Source: Nitrosopumilus sp. (GTDB taxonomy: Archaea; Thermoproteota; Nitrososphaeria; Nitrososphaerales; Nitrosopumilaceae). From it: DNA of 64,000 nucleotides. The notes under the pieces were generated by a model that saw nothing but the letters and a program-made list of their open reading frames with translations, was not told the origin of the DNA and did no database searches. The stretch lies in contig CBDBLO010000002.1 in the NCBI GenBank assembly GCA_965207075.1, positions 128,001 through 192,000 on the forward strand, given 5' to 3'. Below, piece by piece: positions 1 to 10,475 of this stretch. The translations under genes and the position numbers were made by a program. Position 1 is the first letter of the stretch, and the number at the start of each line of letters is the position of its first letter.

Positions 1-58
1 CACGTGCGCGTAACTGGACGTCGCCTCGCAGGACGTCACCGCAAAGTTAACGCCGCAG

Positions 59-394
59 TCAACTAGACACTTCGGTATTCCGTAAAAACTCGATCTCGTG
101 CTCAAGCACCTCGTTCATCTCCTCAAGTTTCTTGTTGTCTGCCTTGAGGCGCTCGACGCGTTCATACAGTGCCGAGATCGTCTCTGCTGATTCCTGATTC
201 TGCGCCTGCATTGTTGAAAGTGTTATGATTCCTTGTTCGACCAAGTACTGGATGGCGTCGACAAACGCACCGTCGTCTATCAGACCTTGTGACCAAAAGC
301 CCGCTGTGTCCTTCACCCACGACGGTACGCCTCCCGATGGCGTCTCTTCTGCATGCGCCAGGGAGCCGAGATCCGCGGACAAGTAACGGCGCAT
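59..394 (-). CDS. Small protein with thaumarchaeal 'PSWVK..AGxW..G.I.D..F..AIQYL' domain plus coiled-coil tail; N-terminal signal peptide may be eroded
   Basis: Motif VPSWVKDTAGFWSQGLIDDGAFVDAIQYLVEQGII is typical of secreted Nitrosopumilaceae proteins; no clean in-frame hydrophobic leader before AHAEE. Confidence 0.65.
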   Translation of the reverse strand: MRRYLSADLGSLAHAEETPSGGVPSWVKDTAGFWSQGLIDDGAFVDAIQYLVEQGIITLSTMQAQNQESAETISALYERVERLKADNKKLEEMNEVLEHEIEFLRNTEVSS

Positions 395-761
395 AACTCG
401 TAGTCAGCAACCCAATTTGAAACAGATTACGAACAGGTCACCTATTTGACAGTCCCGCTCAGGTCACCAAGACTGGACAGAGTCCATCGCCTATCGCGTT
501 CATTATGGTGTACTGCAGCACGGGGACGTATAAATCGCGTATCCGACAACCATGGATTGTCAGTTGCTTGACTATAAACCCCCCCGGAAAGGGCAACCGC
601 CCGCTCTCCTCCCTCTTTTATCCACCCCGCGCCCACGGAGAGCGCGGAATAGGTGCAGGAATCCACCAACGCAGCTGCAGGGGGAAGGGATCCCGGCTGT
701 GATAATGTTCTGTTATCTGGCTCGTTGACTACGCAGCCACGTCAAGGGGCTTGTCACGCGT

Positions 762-2303
762 TCAATAGTCCTTTAGTACAGCATCATCGGTTATGTTGCG
801 ATCTAACCTGTCTGAGCAGTACGTCACCATCTTTTTGATATTGTCATAGTCAGGATAACCTTTGCCCACTCCCGACATTGGATCGATCTCGCCTATCTTG
901 GACAGGGTGTCGCGTATCTCCTGAATCAGCTCGGAATGCATGATGTCGTTTGACTCGCTTATCATCTCGTTGGCGCGGGTTGTAGTCAGGTTCATGGTCT
1001 TGGATGCGTCTGCGATGGAAGATTGGACGGAATCGTACGTGCCAGTCTTTTTGAGACACATGTTTATCAGGCCGATACTCATGAGTATTACTCCAAGTTG
1101 GTTCTTGAGCTCCTGCTTGACGAATATGGCCCTGCTCTTCCGGGATTCGGCGTCGTATTTGATCAAGGCTATTGTAGTACGCATTCGGTTGCGATACAGG
1201 AACGTCAACAGCAATACGGCTGCTCCTGTAGCAATCAGAATCAAGTAAAGGCTGTCCGAACCCAGGGTGTACCCGATGTAACCGCTTACAAACGGGCCCA
1301 CCACCAGCCCTATTCCGTACAGCCCCTCGTACGTCCCTATCATTCTCCCAGCGGTGAACTTTTTGGAACCGGCCAGTAGCATGTCGAGAGTCACCGGATA
1401 TATGGAAATGAATCCAAATCCCAGCAACAGCATAGCAACGACAAACTCTGCAAAGGTGGTGGCCATCATTGATACGGCCATGGCTATGATCACGCACGAC
1501 GTGGACAGCAGAAGTGTCTCCCTTCTGTGTTCGGCCAGCTTCTTTGCCAGAAACGATCCTAAAATCCTGGTGATCCCAAAGACGGCATACAGCTGCATTA
1601 CGGCGGCGGCGTCGAATCCATGCTCCTGTATAAATACCGGATACAGTGACAAAACCAAGCCGAATGCGATGGTGCTGTATATCAGTACTGTAACCTGTAC
1701 TGGAAATTTCAGTACCTCCTTGAACAGGCGAAGATCTAGCTGGACTCCCTTTGACTTGTGATGCGGGTAATTTAGTACGATCAAGACAATTCCGGTACTT
1801 GTTATGATTGCTGTAATCAGAAGGAGCGTACGGTCATCCACTCCGAACGCTCCTAGTATGAACGATCCGACCAGCGGTCCTATCATAAAGCCTATCACGC
1901 GGCACATCGTGAGCATCGCCGTGAGCCTTACCCTCGTCTCGGGGTTTTGGGAGATGGCGTGTATCGCCGGTGGCCATATCAGGGAGTATGCAAAGCCCAA
2001 TAGGAGGCAGTACAGTGTGAGCTCCGTTATGGTGGTCGAGGTGGATATCAGGTACATCGCCAGGGCAGACGTTGCAAAGCCCGCCGTAAGCAGGTATTTG
2101 TCGTTTATGCGACCCAGCACGATCCCTAGCGCCAGCGGTACCAGAATATACGGCAGACAAGTCACAGTTACTATCATTCCGATATCACTGTAGGTCGCAC
2201 CCAACTCGTTGGCGGCAAAGATTGGCACTATTGGGGCGCGTATACCCCAAACGAAGCCGACCAGTAGTGATGCAGATAGCAACAGATACGTAGTCCGGCG
2301 CAC
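762..2303 (-). CDS. MFS transporter with ~140-aa soluble C-terminal extension
   Basis: About 12 hydrophobic segments and MFS-like loops (LGRINDK, LAEHRRE); likely GTG start at 2303, ~25 nt downstream of AATATATT (2326-2333); ORF track opens from 2435. Confidence 0.85.
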   Translation of the reverse strand: MRRTTYLLLSASLLVGFVWGIRAPIVPIFAANELGATYSDIGMIVTVTCLPYILVPLALGIVLGRINDKYLLTAGFATSALAMYLISTSTTITELTLYCLLLGFAYSLIWPPAIHAISQNPETRVRLTAMLTMCRVIGFMIGPLVGSFILGAFGVDDRTLLLITAIITSTGIVLIVLNYPHHKSKGVQLDLRLFKEVLKFPVQVTVLIYSTIAFGLVLSLYPVFIQEHGFDAAAVMQLYAVFGITRILGSFLAKKLAEHRRETLLLSTSCVIIAMAVSMMATTFAEFVVAMLLLGFGFISIYPVTLDMLLAGSKKFTAGRMIGTYEGLYGIGLVVGPFVSGYIGYTLGSDSLYLILIATGAAVLLLTFLYRNRMRTTIALIKYDAESRKSRAIFVKQELKNQLGVILMSIGLINMCLKKTGTYDSVQSSIADASKTMNLTTTRANEMISESNDIMHSELIQEIRDTLSKIGEIDPMSGVGKGYPDYDNIKKMVTYCSDRLDRNITDDAVLKDY

Positions 2304-2689
2304 GTAACGTGTGGCAAACGTCTTGAATATATTTTCGATGGGCGTGGCCCACAGGTTATTGATTCGATTCCGCCCAAGTCCTTCAACAGCATGTCTGACA
2401 CGCCGAGGTTCCGCTTCCTCCACGTCAGCACGCACCTATGCTGACGCGGTTGCGGCGTTATGCCGTCGCGCCACAACGGCGCGTCGACCTACCGCGGGAG
2501 CGGCATAATGAAGGGGGGCTCCAAGTGGATACGCAGCGCCACAGTCGAGGCTGTCGCCACCACGATGCGGCGCGACGCGAGGATGGCAAAGGCATGCGCG
2601 AAAACAAGAAGCGGGGCGGGGCGAGCAAGACAAGGTTGCCGTGGCGCGCCACACGCTTGAGATAATATGGTACATGCCGACCAAGAACG

Positions 2690-3361
2690 AACCGTGCCGG
2701 ATCCAGCGTGCAGAAACCCGTACGTCGTCCCGTCGGCCCCGGGGTTAGGGGCCCCGTCCGACAATCCCGCGCACCCCCGTCGCGCGCCGCGCGGGAGGCG
2801 ATCGTTGCCCGCGCGCGAGCGGGACGTCGGTGGCCTGCCTCGTGTCCGCGATGCGGCCCGCCTCCAACCTGCCGCTGCTGCATCCCCGGCACGTCTTGGA
2901 GGCGTGGTGTATGGTCGGCGATGACTTGCGGCCGTGCGAGACGCCCCTGTGCCCCGGCCTCCGTCTGGGCCTCTTGTAGTCTGTCGGATCCTTCCTTGAG
3001 GCCCTCTTCCGTTTCGGGAAGTTCGTCGACGGCCGGCTGTGCGGGTTCTCGTAGTATGCGGAGCGCCCCGCCTCCCTTGTCCAGCTGCCCCCGCCTCCCT
3101 TGTCCAGCTGCCCCCGCCTCCCTTGTCCAGCTGCCCCCGCCTCCCTTGTCCAGCTGCCCCCTCCCCCCCCCCACCAGCTGCTCAATCTGGATACTGCCGC
3201 TCCAAGGCCTCGTCCCTCCCTTGACCTACGCTATGACCCGCGCAAGCCCGCCTCGCAACAGCTTGACCTTGAGGGGTTTGACACTGCATTCGCGTATGCC
3301 AAGTACCGCATAGAACTGATGATCTGGAAAGTTTGGCCTTGCGTTCAACCTAACCAGTAAC
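2690..3361 (-). pseudogene. IS66-family transposase (TnpC) N-terminal remnant, frameshifted and truncated
   Basis: YYENPHSRPS...KRPRRRPGHRG...HHASKTCRGC...RQATDVP matches the IS66 leucine-zipper/zf-IS66 layout; no DDE domain; boundaries approximate. Confidence 0.6.
3066..3180. repeat. 23-bp tandem repeat (CCCCCGCCTCCCTTGTCCAGCTG) x4 plus one degenerate copy
   Basis: Copies at 3066 (one C short), 3088, 3111 and 3134, then a degenerate poly-C copy ending CAGCTG at 3180. Confidence 0.95.
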
Positions 3362-3632
3362 GGCCGCCACGCGGCAAAGCATATACATAACCAAGGGGGC
3401 GAAATAGCATCAAGTTGTCCAAATTCAATGGCGGGTATGTCACAGGGGGCGATACGTTGTCCTTTAATCTGCGCAGACCGTCAGCATATGAAAACGCAGA
3501 TCCCAATAAATGGCTGATCCGTCGGGGTGCTGTATTGCTGTATGAGGCAGGCGCGCCCGAGGGAAACGGGAAAGATAAAATGAAGAATAGTGGCGGGTTT
3601 CACTTTTCCACAAGAACGGGGGATCTGTAACA

Positions 3633-4013
3633 ATGAAGGTACTGGCAGTTGACGATAACCAAGATATACTAAATCTGATAAGTCTCATCGTAGAGTCGAT
3701 GGGGCACAATCTCGAGCTTGCACACGACGGCCAGGAGGGACTCGAGCTTATACGCAGCAAAGAATATGACTTGGTTTTTCTGGACATGTCAATGCCCAAC
3801 CTCACAGGCCTTGAGGTCATAGACGCGCTTGTACAAGACGGCATCATAAAGAAGCAGCGCGTAACTCTCTTCACCGCTTCATATCTGGGCGTAGAGGACA
3901 TAGAAGCCGATCTACGCAAGAAGGGCGTTTATTCCATACTGGCAAAGCCGGCAGACATAGATCAGATAACAGACCTGCTGGAGAAGGTTGCGTCTGAAGT
4001 CACATCCGCTTGA
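3633..4013 (+). CDS. Stand-alone response regulator (REC domain)
   Basis: VLAVDD, LVFLDMSMPNLTG (phospho-Asp), LFTAS and AKP motifs. Confidence 0.95.
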   Translation: MKVLAVDDNQDILNLISLIVESMGHNLELAHDGQEGLELIRSKEYDLVFLDMSMPNLTGLEVIDALVQDGIIKKQRVTLFTASYLGVEDIEADLRKKGVYSILAKPADIDQITDLLEKVASEVTSA

Positions 4014-4416
4014 GCAAAAATCGATGACAGGGCAGGGAGGCGGAAGCTAGGATGGGCCGGAGGCATTCGGCCACGCCGTCGGCAATTTCTACGGGCTCCA
4101 AAGCGGCACGGAGCCGCACACGGGAAAGGCGGCAAGGCCCCGGCAGAGGCCGCGGGCGTGCGCATAGACGGAATTGGCAAACGGGCGGCGCTCCTGGCGT
4201 CTGCGTTCATGCGTTGATCTGCATGGGCAGGGGTGAGCGGATGCAGCGCGCACAGGCACGCTGCACAGGTACGTCGTGACATCCCAATCCGCATTGCGGC
4301 AAGTCGCGCGCGGCCGGCCGGGTCCCAGTCTCTGCCATAACTCGCCGCGCGCCGCTTTTGCAACGGCACGGGGTGTTCAAAATCTAAATATACTACAAGG
4401 CAAAATATGGGCATAA

Positions 4417-5928
4417 ATGGAATCCACGACGGCCGAGCAGACGCACGTCGACAAGCCCAAGCTCAAGAAGATGGTACACGAAATGCGCCGGTTGATAAAC
4501 ATGGACGGAATCATCATAGACTGCAACGAAGCGTATGCCGAGAAGCTCGGCTACACCATAGACGAGGTAATCGGGATGAGCATGGATGAGCATACGCCTC
4601 CCGACCACAGGGCCGACATGCGCAGGGAATTCGACGAGTGGAAGGAGACGAAGAAGTCAAAAACCCTCAAGACTTGGATCATATCCAAGGACGGAAAGGG
4701 AATTGAGACGATCTCATCCATAAGCACCAGCATCGACAGCAGGGGCAGGGTAGCGGGCATGTCCGATGTCATGATGGATTTTGTCGAGCTAAAGACGTTC
4801 CAAAAGTACGTGATGATCAGAAAGTTTGAGAGCCTGTACGAGAAATCTCCGGATCTGTACAGGACAGTGAACTACAACGGCACAATCGTAGACTGCAACA
4901 GAACCTACCTGAAAGACCTGGGATACGACAGCAAGGACGAGGTGCTGGGCAGCAACCTGCTCGAGCATACGGCAGACAGGAGCGTCGATACCCTGCGCAT
5001 ACACATGGCAACCTGGAGAAAGACAGGCAGGGAGAAAGACTCGGAAATATGGATGAAGCGCAAGGACGGGACAGAGTTTCCGGCCCTCCTGACGCCAACC
5101 AACATCTACGACGACGACGGCTTCATGATCGGAAGAAACGTGGTCATAAAGGACACGTCAAAGCTGCACGAGACCAAGAAGATGCTCAGCGAGAAGGAGA
5201 AGATCGACAAGATGAAGGAAGAGTTCCTGTCGATGGTTACACACGAACTAAAATCGCCACTCACTCCGATTATTGGATTCGCGCAGGCATTGGCCAGGCC
5301 GAAACTGCTGGGGGAGATGAATGAGAAGCAGATGGAGGCACTGAACACCATCCTGTCGAACGCCACCACGCTCAAGAAGCTGATAGGGGACCTGCTCGAC
5401 GCGCACAAGCTGGAGCTGGGAAAGATGAAGTTCGCCCTCAAGGAGATGTCGGTAAACGACCTGATGGCCGTCATAGAAAAGTCCTTCCAGCTCACGGCGC
5501 AGGAAAAGGGAGTCACGATACAGTGTACGGTAGCAGGCAAAGAAGAGATCAAAATGGTCAGCGATATTGACAGGGTCAAGCAGGTGATCACGAACCTGGT
5601 ATACAATGCGATTGACTTTGTGCCAAAGGATACCGGCAGAATTACGATAACCGCGGAACGAAAGGACCCTGACGTTGTCTTCTCAGTGAAGGACAACGGG
5701 ATCGGCATACCGCCGGAGAAGCAGAAACAGCTGTTCGCAAAGTTCTATCAGGCCGACACATCGCACAGCAGGAAGCACGGCGGAACCGGACTTGGCCTGT
5801 CGATCTGCAAGGGGATGGTGGAGAGCCTGGGCGGCAAGATAAACGTGGAGAGCACGGAAGGGGAGGGAAGTAATTTCTACTTTGCCCTGCCCGTGGGGAA
5901 GCGCATTGAGCCGGTCCCCGCGAATTGA
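4417..5928 (+). CDS. Cytoplasmic PAS-PAS sensor histidine kinase
   Basis: Two PAS domains; H-box VTHELKSPL, N-box NLVYNAI, G1 DNGIGI, F-box KFYQ, G2 GGTGLGL; no TM segment. Confidence 0.95.
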   Translation: MESTTAEQTHVDKPKLKKMVHEMRRLINMDGIIIDCNEAYAEKLGYTIDEVIGMSMDEHTPPDHRADMRREFDEWKETKKSKTLKTWIISKDGKGIETISSISTSIDSRGRVAGMSDVMMDFVELKTFQKYVMIRKFESLYEKSPDLYRTVNYNGTIVDCNRTYLKDLGYDSKDEVLGSNLLEHTADRSVDTLRIHMATWRKTGREKDSEIWMKRKDGTEFPALLTPTNIYDDDGFMIGRNVVIKDTSKLHETKKMLSEKEKIDKMKEEFLSMVTHELKSPLTPIIGFAQALARPKLLGEMNEKQMEALNTILSNATTLKKLIGDLLDAHKLELGKMKFALKEMSVNDLMAVIEKSFQLTAQEKGVTIQCTVAGKEEIKMVSDIDRVKQVITNLVYNAIDFVPKDTGRITITAERKDPDVVFSVKDNGIGIPPEKQKQLFAKFYQADTSHSRKHGGTGLGLSICKGMVESLGGKINVESTEGEGSNFYFALPVGKRIEPVPAN

Positions 5929-5978
5929 GACTGGCCAGGCGGCAAGAATTCTTATATTTCAAGATCCAGACGCGCCGT

Positions 5979-6539
5979 ATGGAGTCTGGCCACTTGCAGG
6001 AGACTGACGCGGCATACAGGGTGTACCTGTACGTCTTTTACCTGTGCGCGACCGTCATGGCGGCGGGAGCCGCATACGGGGCGTACGCAACGACTATCGA
6101 GTGGCTCGAGAACGGCACCTACGTCATGGGAGAGGTCGTACACAACACCACCATTCCGTTTGAGAACTTTGCAAGGGTCTCCACGTGGCTATTCTTCTCC
6201 GCCGTGGTGGGCTGGTACTGCGTCTCCAGGATAGGGTGGAAGAAGACCGCGGGGGGCAAGATCACCGGGACCAGGATGGCCCTGCTGCAACTCATGCTTG
6301 TCGGGTTTGCCATCATCACGCTGTACGAGGTCCTGTACAACTTTACCGTCCTCAACGCCCAGATAACGGCCGGGGTGGCGGACGGCGCGGTCCCCGACAT
6401 AGACCGCCTGTCAGTGGCCTATCCGGATCCGGACAGGCCCTGGAACCTGGTCTTCGCGACAAAGATATTCCTTGCAGGGTTTATCATAAGCGCGCACGCC
6501 CTGTACCTGAGCACAAAACCAAGAAAGGAGCTCGACTAG
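5979..6539 (+). CDS. Hypothetical membrane protein (about 4 TM)
   Basis: ATG 5979 follows CTTATATT (5951-5958); hydrophobic helices; PDxPWNLVFATK motif. Confidence 0.75.
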   Translation: MESGHLQETDAAYRVYLYVFYLCATVMAAGAAYGAYATTIEWLENGTYVMGEVVHNTTIPFENFARVSTWLFFSAVVGWYCVSRIGWKKTAGGKITGTRMALLQLMLVGFAIITLYEVLYNFTVLNAQITAGVADGAVPDIDRLSVAYPDPDRPWNLVFATKIFLAGFIISAHALYLSTKPRKELD

Positions 6540-6721
6540 CGCGCACGGCGGCGCGCCCGCGGGGAAGCTGTTGTTGCGGCTGCGCCACAACCATGGGCGC
6601 CTAACGTGCGCGAAAGATGGGCAGGCTGTCGGCCGTGACGGGCCGCGCCGGGGCCGGCCTGCCGGGCCGGGGGCGATCCCGCGCGTAGCTTTATACGTTT
6701 ACCGCCGTCAGCCAAACTTGG

Positions 6722-7795
6722 TTGGATGTTGAGGATAGAATAAGGCTGATTGCCGCGCCGCCCACCCAGGAGATCGTAACGGAGGACGACCTGAGGACCA
6801 TACTCGAGACGAACGACTCGCCGAGGCACTACATAGGCCTGGAGATCTCAGGATTCCTGCACTTGGGGAGCCTCCTGAGCGTCGGCTACAAGATAAACGA
6901 CTTTGCGAGGGCCGGCGTCAGATGCACCGTGTTTCTGGCCGACTGGCACACCGTAATAAACGACAAACTGGGCGGAAGCTGGGACGCCGTATCAAGGGTT
7001 ACCAGATACTACCGGGACGCGTTCAGGCTGGTCTGCCCCGACGCCGAGATAAGGCTCGGAACCGACCTGTACAACGAAAAGCCCGGGTACTGGCAGGAGC
7101 TGGTCGCGTTCACAAAGCACATGTCCCTTGAGCGCACCAAGAGGGCCCTTACCATAATGGGGCGCTCAGAGGACGAGAAGAACATGGGCCTGGCAAGGCT
7201 CCTATACCCGCCCATGCAGGCAGTCGACATACACTCCCTTGACGTGGACATCGCGCATGCGGGGATGGACCAGCGCAGGATACACATGCTGGTAAGGGAG
7301 ATATTTCCAAAGATGGGGTGGAAGGTCCCCGTCGCCGTCCACCACGGGCTGCTGCCGGGACTCTCAAGGCCTGCCAGCAGCGGCGGCGGCGGCGTCGCCG
7401 CAGGCGGGCCGCAGGCGGGCGCCAAGATGAGCAAGTCGGATCCCGACTCCAGCGTCTTCATGCACGACACGGACGAGCAGATACAAAAAAAGATCAAAAA
7501 GGCGTGGTGCGAGGAGGGCGACATAGAGAACAACCCGGTGCTGGCAATCGCAAAGGGCATCGTGTTTCATGACGCGGGCAGGGCCGTTACGGTTGAGCGC
7601 CCGGAAAAATTCGGCGGAAACGTCTCGTACGACAGCTACGAGTCGCTAGAGTCGGCGTTTGGCTCCCGCAGCCTGCATCCGGCCGACCTGAAGCGCGCCA
7701 TAGGCGATGAGCTTGCAAAAATCGTGGCCCCGATAAGGGACAGGCTTACGCTGTCAGACGAGACGGCAGAGGCCATCAGAGGCAGCTCCCAGTGA
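6722..7795 (+). CDS. tyrS: Tyrosine--tRNA ligase (archaeal type)
   Basis: YIGLEISGFLHLGS (HIGH-like), YPPMQAVD, GMDQ, KMSKS. Confidence 0.95.
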   Translation: MDVEDRIRLIAAPPTQEIVTEDDLRTILETNDSPRHYIGLEISGFLHLGSLLSVGYKINDFARAGVRCTVFLADWHTVINDKLGGSWDAVSRVTRYYRDAFRLVCPDAEIRLGTDLYNEKPGYWQELVAFTKHMSLERTKRALTIMGRSEDEKNMGLARLLYPPMQAVDIHSLDVDIAHAGMDQRRIHMLVREIFPKMGWKVPVAVHHGLLPGLSRPASSGGGGVAAGGPQAGAKMSKSDPDSSVFMHDTDEQIQKKIKKAWCEEGDIENNPVLAIAKGIVFHDAGRAVTVERPEKFGGNVSYDSYESLESAFGSRSLHPADLKRAIGDELAKIVAPIRDRLTLSDETAEAIRGSSQ

Positions 7796-7857
7796 CGCAC
7801 GGCGCGGATGCCGGGGCTGTCTGCCTGCCGGGGCCGGTGCGCCGACGCCCGAGTCGC

Positions 7858-8649
7858 TCATGGCGCCGCGCCGAGCCTGTACTTTGACGTATAGCCGCGG
7901 GGGTTTATCATCAGGTCGCCGTACGTGTACGTAGAAGAGTTTCCCACTATGACCGTGCTTATCATGCCAAGCTTGTCGGAGTGGTCCGGTAGGCTCTGGA
8001 GATCCGTCAGCACCACCGTCTCAGAGTCCCTGAACGCGCCCTTTATTATGGCGACGGGCGTCTCCGGCTTGCGGTGCCGCAGCAGTATCTCACGCGTGTC
8101 CTGCAGCTGGTGTATGCGCCGCTTGCTTGCCGGATTATATATCACGAGGACAAAGTCGCCCATGGCAGCTGCCTCCACCCGCTTTACTATGATCTCCCAC
8201 GGGACCAGCAGGTCCGACATGCTGACCACGGCAAAGTCCGTCATAAGGGGCGAGCCCACTATCGACGCGCAGGAGTTCAGCGCGGATATCCCCGGGACAA
8301 TCTCCACCTCGGGGTCGGCCGCCCCGTCCTTGGCGGAGGGGTTCCAGCCCGACTCGGCAAGCGTCTCGTATATGAGGCCCGCCATCCCGTATATTCCGGG
8401 GTCGCCGCTTGACACGAGCGACACGGTCTTGCCGGACCTTGCAAGGTCGATACACTGCTGGGCCCGCTCGACCTCCTGCGTCATGGCGTACCGGTATACG
8501 GTCTTGCCGTCGATGAGGCCCTTGACCAGGTTGACGTACGTCTCGTATCCGACTATGGTGTCGCTCTGGGCAATGGCCTCCTTTGCGCGAAACGTCATGT
8601 GGTCATGGTGTCCCGGCCCGACGCCGACTATGAACAGCTTGCCTGCCAC
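7858..8649 (-). CDS. cobJ: Precorrin-3B C17-methyltransferase (CbiH/CobJ)
   Basis: VGVGPG, VSSGDPGIYGMAG, DFAVVSMSDLLVPW, YNPAS, NPRGY. Confidence 0.95.
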   Translation of the reverse strand: MAGKLFIVGVGPGHHDHMTFRAKEAIAQSDTIVGYETYVNLVKGLIDGKTVYRYAMTQEVERAQQCIDLARSGKTVSLVSSGDPGIYGMAGLIYETLAESGWNPSAKDGAADPEVEIVPGISALNSCASIVGSPLMTDFAVVSMSDLLVPWEIIVKRVEAAAMGDFVLVIYNPASKRRIHQLQDTREILLRHRKPETPVAIIKGAFRDSETVVLTDLQSLPDHSDKLGMISTVIVGNSSTYTYGDLMINPRGYTSKYRLGAAP

Positions 8650-8777
8650 GTAGTGACGCAGGGGCCGGTCGCAATTTATCCGTAGCGGCCGCCCCCGAGG
8701 ATCAAGAGGGTGTTTCCCAGCAGACCCCGTGCGGGCGGCTGCGGCGCCGGCCGGCCGGCGGCATCCGCGCCAATAAT

Positions 8778-10466
8778 TTACTGGAACGGGTCTACGAGGG
8801 GCGCGTTGATCACATAGTAGCTGTTGGTTGGCCGCGCGAGGCCCGCCGTCAGCATCCCCTCGTCCCGGAACGACTCTATGTCGGCCACGTTCTCAAGCAC
8901 GGTAGCGTGGGCAGGATCGTTCCACTCCACGGTATGCACGCGCCACAGGGGCGTGTACGCGGTTCCGTTCTGCCACCCGGGTTCGGCGCCAAATATCGGG
9001 GCCTGGAACCCCAGTGAGCCGGAGCCAGTGACGCCGTTCTCAAAGACGTAGAGATCGGCGGCGGCGGCGTGGTCAACCAAACCTGCATACGCGGGTACGG
9101 ACTCGACCCCTATTATGCCGGCGGGGCGCTCCGGGGTCGCGCCAGTCACTATGTGGTACGTGGTGCGCCCGTCGGGGCCCCAGCCGCGGTGGGCCACGAA
9201 CGTCACGGTCATGTTCTCCGTGTCAATCTCAGTTATCTGGCCGCCGCCGTACGGCATCTGGCCCGAAAAGTCGGCGTCCACGCGCACTGCTGCCTGGTCG
9301 TGTCGCTGGTATTTGCCGCCGTCAGTGTTGCCACCCCCGCCGCCGCTGCTGCCGGTGCTGGTGCCGTCGCCCGGCCACCTGACCTGCGGCATGTTCACTA
9401 TAACCACGTCATCACCAAGGGATACGCGTCCGGCCTCCTCCTCCCTGAGTATGTCGTCGACGCTCTCAAGCGTAATCTCGTTCTGTCCTGGCTTCCACGC
9501 CACCTTTATGACCTCGCTCAGCGCGCTGTACCCCGCCTCGGCAGGCGTTGACGAAAAGACCTCGGTCTGGTACCCGTACAGCCCGTCGCCCTCTATCCCG
9601 TTTGTAAACACGTAGACCTGCTGCAGGACAGATTCCGGCAGCGGGGCGGCAGGCGAGTCGGGCGGCAGGGCCAGAACCGGGGAGTGCTGCACGCGCCACC
9701 CCTGCGCCTCGGAGATCTCCGCCGCGTAGTCGGCGTCCCCCGCGTCGGTTATGATGTACAGCAGCGGGTCGCCCTCGTACATGCCCTCGTGCATCGGTAT
9801 GACCGCGGGAACGCTGGTCCTTGAGAGCGGCAGGTGCGGATCGCCGGGCGGCGTCTCCACTGAGATGGTCTGCATGACCACGGGGGTGGGCTCGCCGCGC
9901 ACCCAGCCGTCCACGCTCACGGTTGCGGCAAACCGGTCCTTCCCGTACAGCGCGACTGCCGCCCCGGTAAACTCGACGGAGGCCGCGCCCGCGCCGGTCC
10001 CAATGACGGAGGCCGCGTACCTGGTCTGCCCGTCCACAGTCCACACGGGAAGCCCGTAGTCTGCGGCGTCCTGGATGTCCTCTGAGGTGATCGCGTGGAG
10101 TATCATCACGTCCACCGGCGCGCTCGACGCAAAGGTCATGGAGCCGTCGTATATGGTGCCGGGGTTGGGCGACAGGACGAACGCGATGTGCCTTTCCCCT
10201 TGCTGCTGCTGTGGCTGCTCAGACACCAAGTCCGCGCCAGGCATGCCGGGATCGGCCGACGACGTGAGGGTCTCTGTAAAGTGCACCTTTTTGCGCGTGT
10301 TGGCGTCTGCAAACTGATCCAGCGCGCCCATCGGGACTGCATACAGCGCGCCGGATATGACGACAGCGGCGACTGCCGCGACGGCGGCAGCTGACAGGAA
10401 CCTCTTCAATACCCGCACCAATGCATGTTCCCATAAATGATTTTGGACGTCGGCGGAAAGCCGCAT
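8778..10466 (-). CDS. Exported/membrane-anchored hypothetical protein with two tandem C-terminal repeat domains
   Basis: N-terminal hydrophobic segment; repeated Y(I/H)IxTxA...YVFxNG..GxG.xG(Y/F)Q..(V/I)F...P...Y(S/T)xL..V..V.W module; start uncertain. Confidence 0.75.
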   Translation of the reverse strand: MRLSADVQNHLWEHALVRVLKRFLSAAAVAAVAAVVISGALYAVPMGALDQFADANTRKKVHFTETLTSSADPGMPGADLVSEQPQQQQGERHIAFVLSPNPGTIYDGSMTFASSAPVDVMILHAITSEDIQDAADYGLPVWTVDGQTRYAASVIGTGAGAASVEFTGAAVALYGKDRFAATVSVDGWVRGEPTPVVMQTISVETPPGDPHLPLSRTSVPAVIPMHEGMYEGDPLLYIITDAGDADYAAEISEAQGWRVQHSPVLALPPDSPAAPLPESVLQQVYVFTNGIEGDGLYGYQTEVFSSTPAEAGYSALSEVIKVAWKPGQNEITLESVDDILREEEAGRVSLGDDVVIVNMPQVRWPGDGTSTGSSGGGGGNTDGGKYQRHDQAAVRVDADFSGQMPYGGGQITEIDTENMTVTFVAHRGWGPDGRTTYHIVTGATPERPAGIIGVESVPAYAGLVDHAAAADLYVFENGVTGSGSLGFQAPIFGAEPGWQNGTAYTPLWRVHTVEWNDPAHATVLENVADIESFRDEGMLTAGLARPTNSYYVINAPLVDPFQ

Positions 10467-10475
10467 CCGGGGGGG

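Noticed and set aside
552-620. SRP RNA helix-8-like word CCCGGAAAGGGCAACC after a TATAAA box
   Set aside because: Lacks the paired CAGG/AGCA internal loop and the rest of a ~300-nt archaeal SRP fold
8684-8742. Cobalamin riboswitch upstream of cobJ
   Set aside because: Only a GC-rich stem with a GGGAAA word; too short, and upstream of the probable TATA at about 8673-8680
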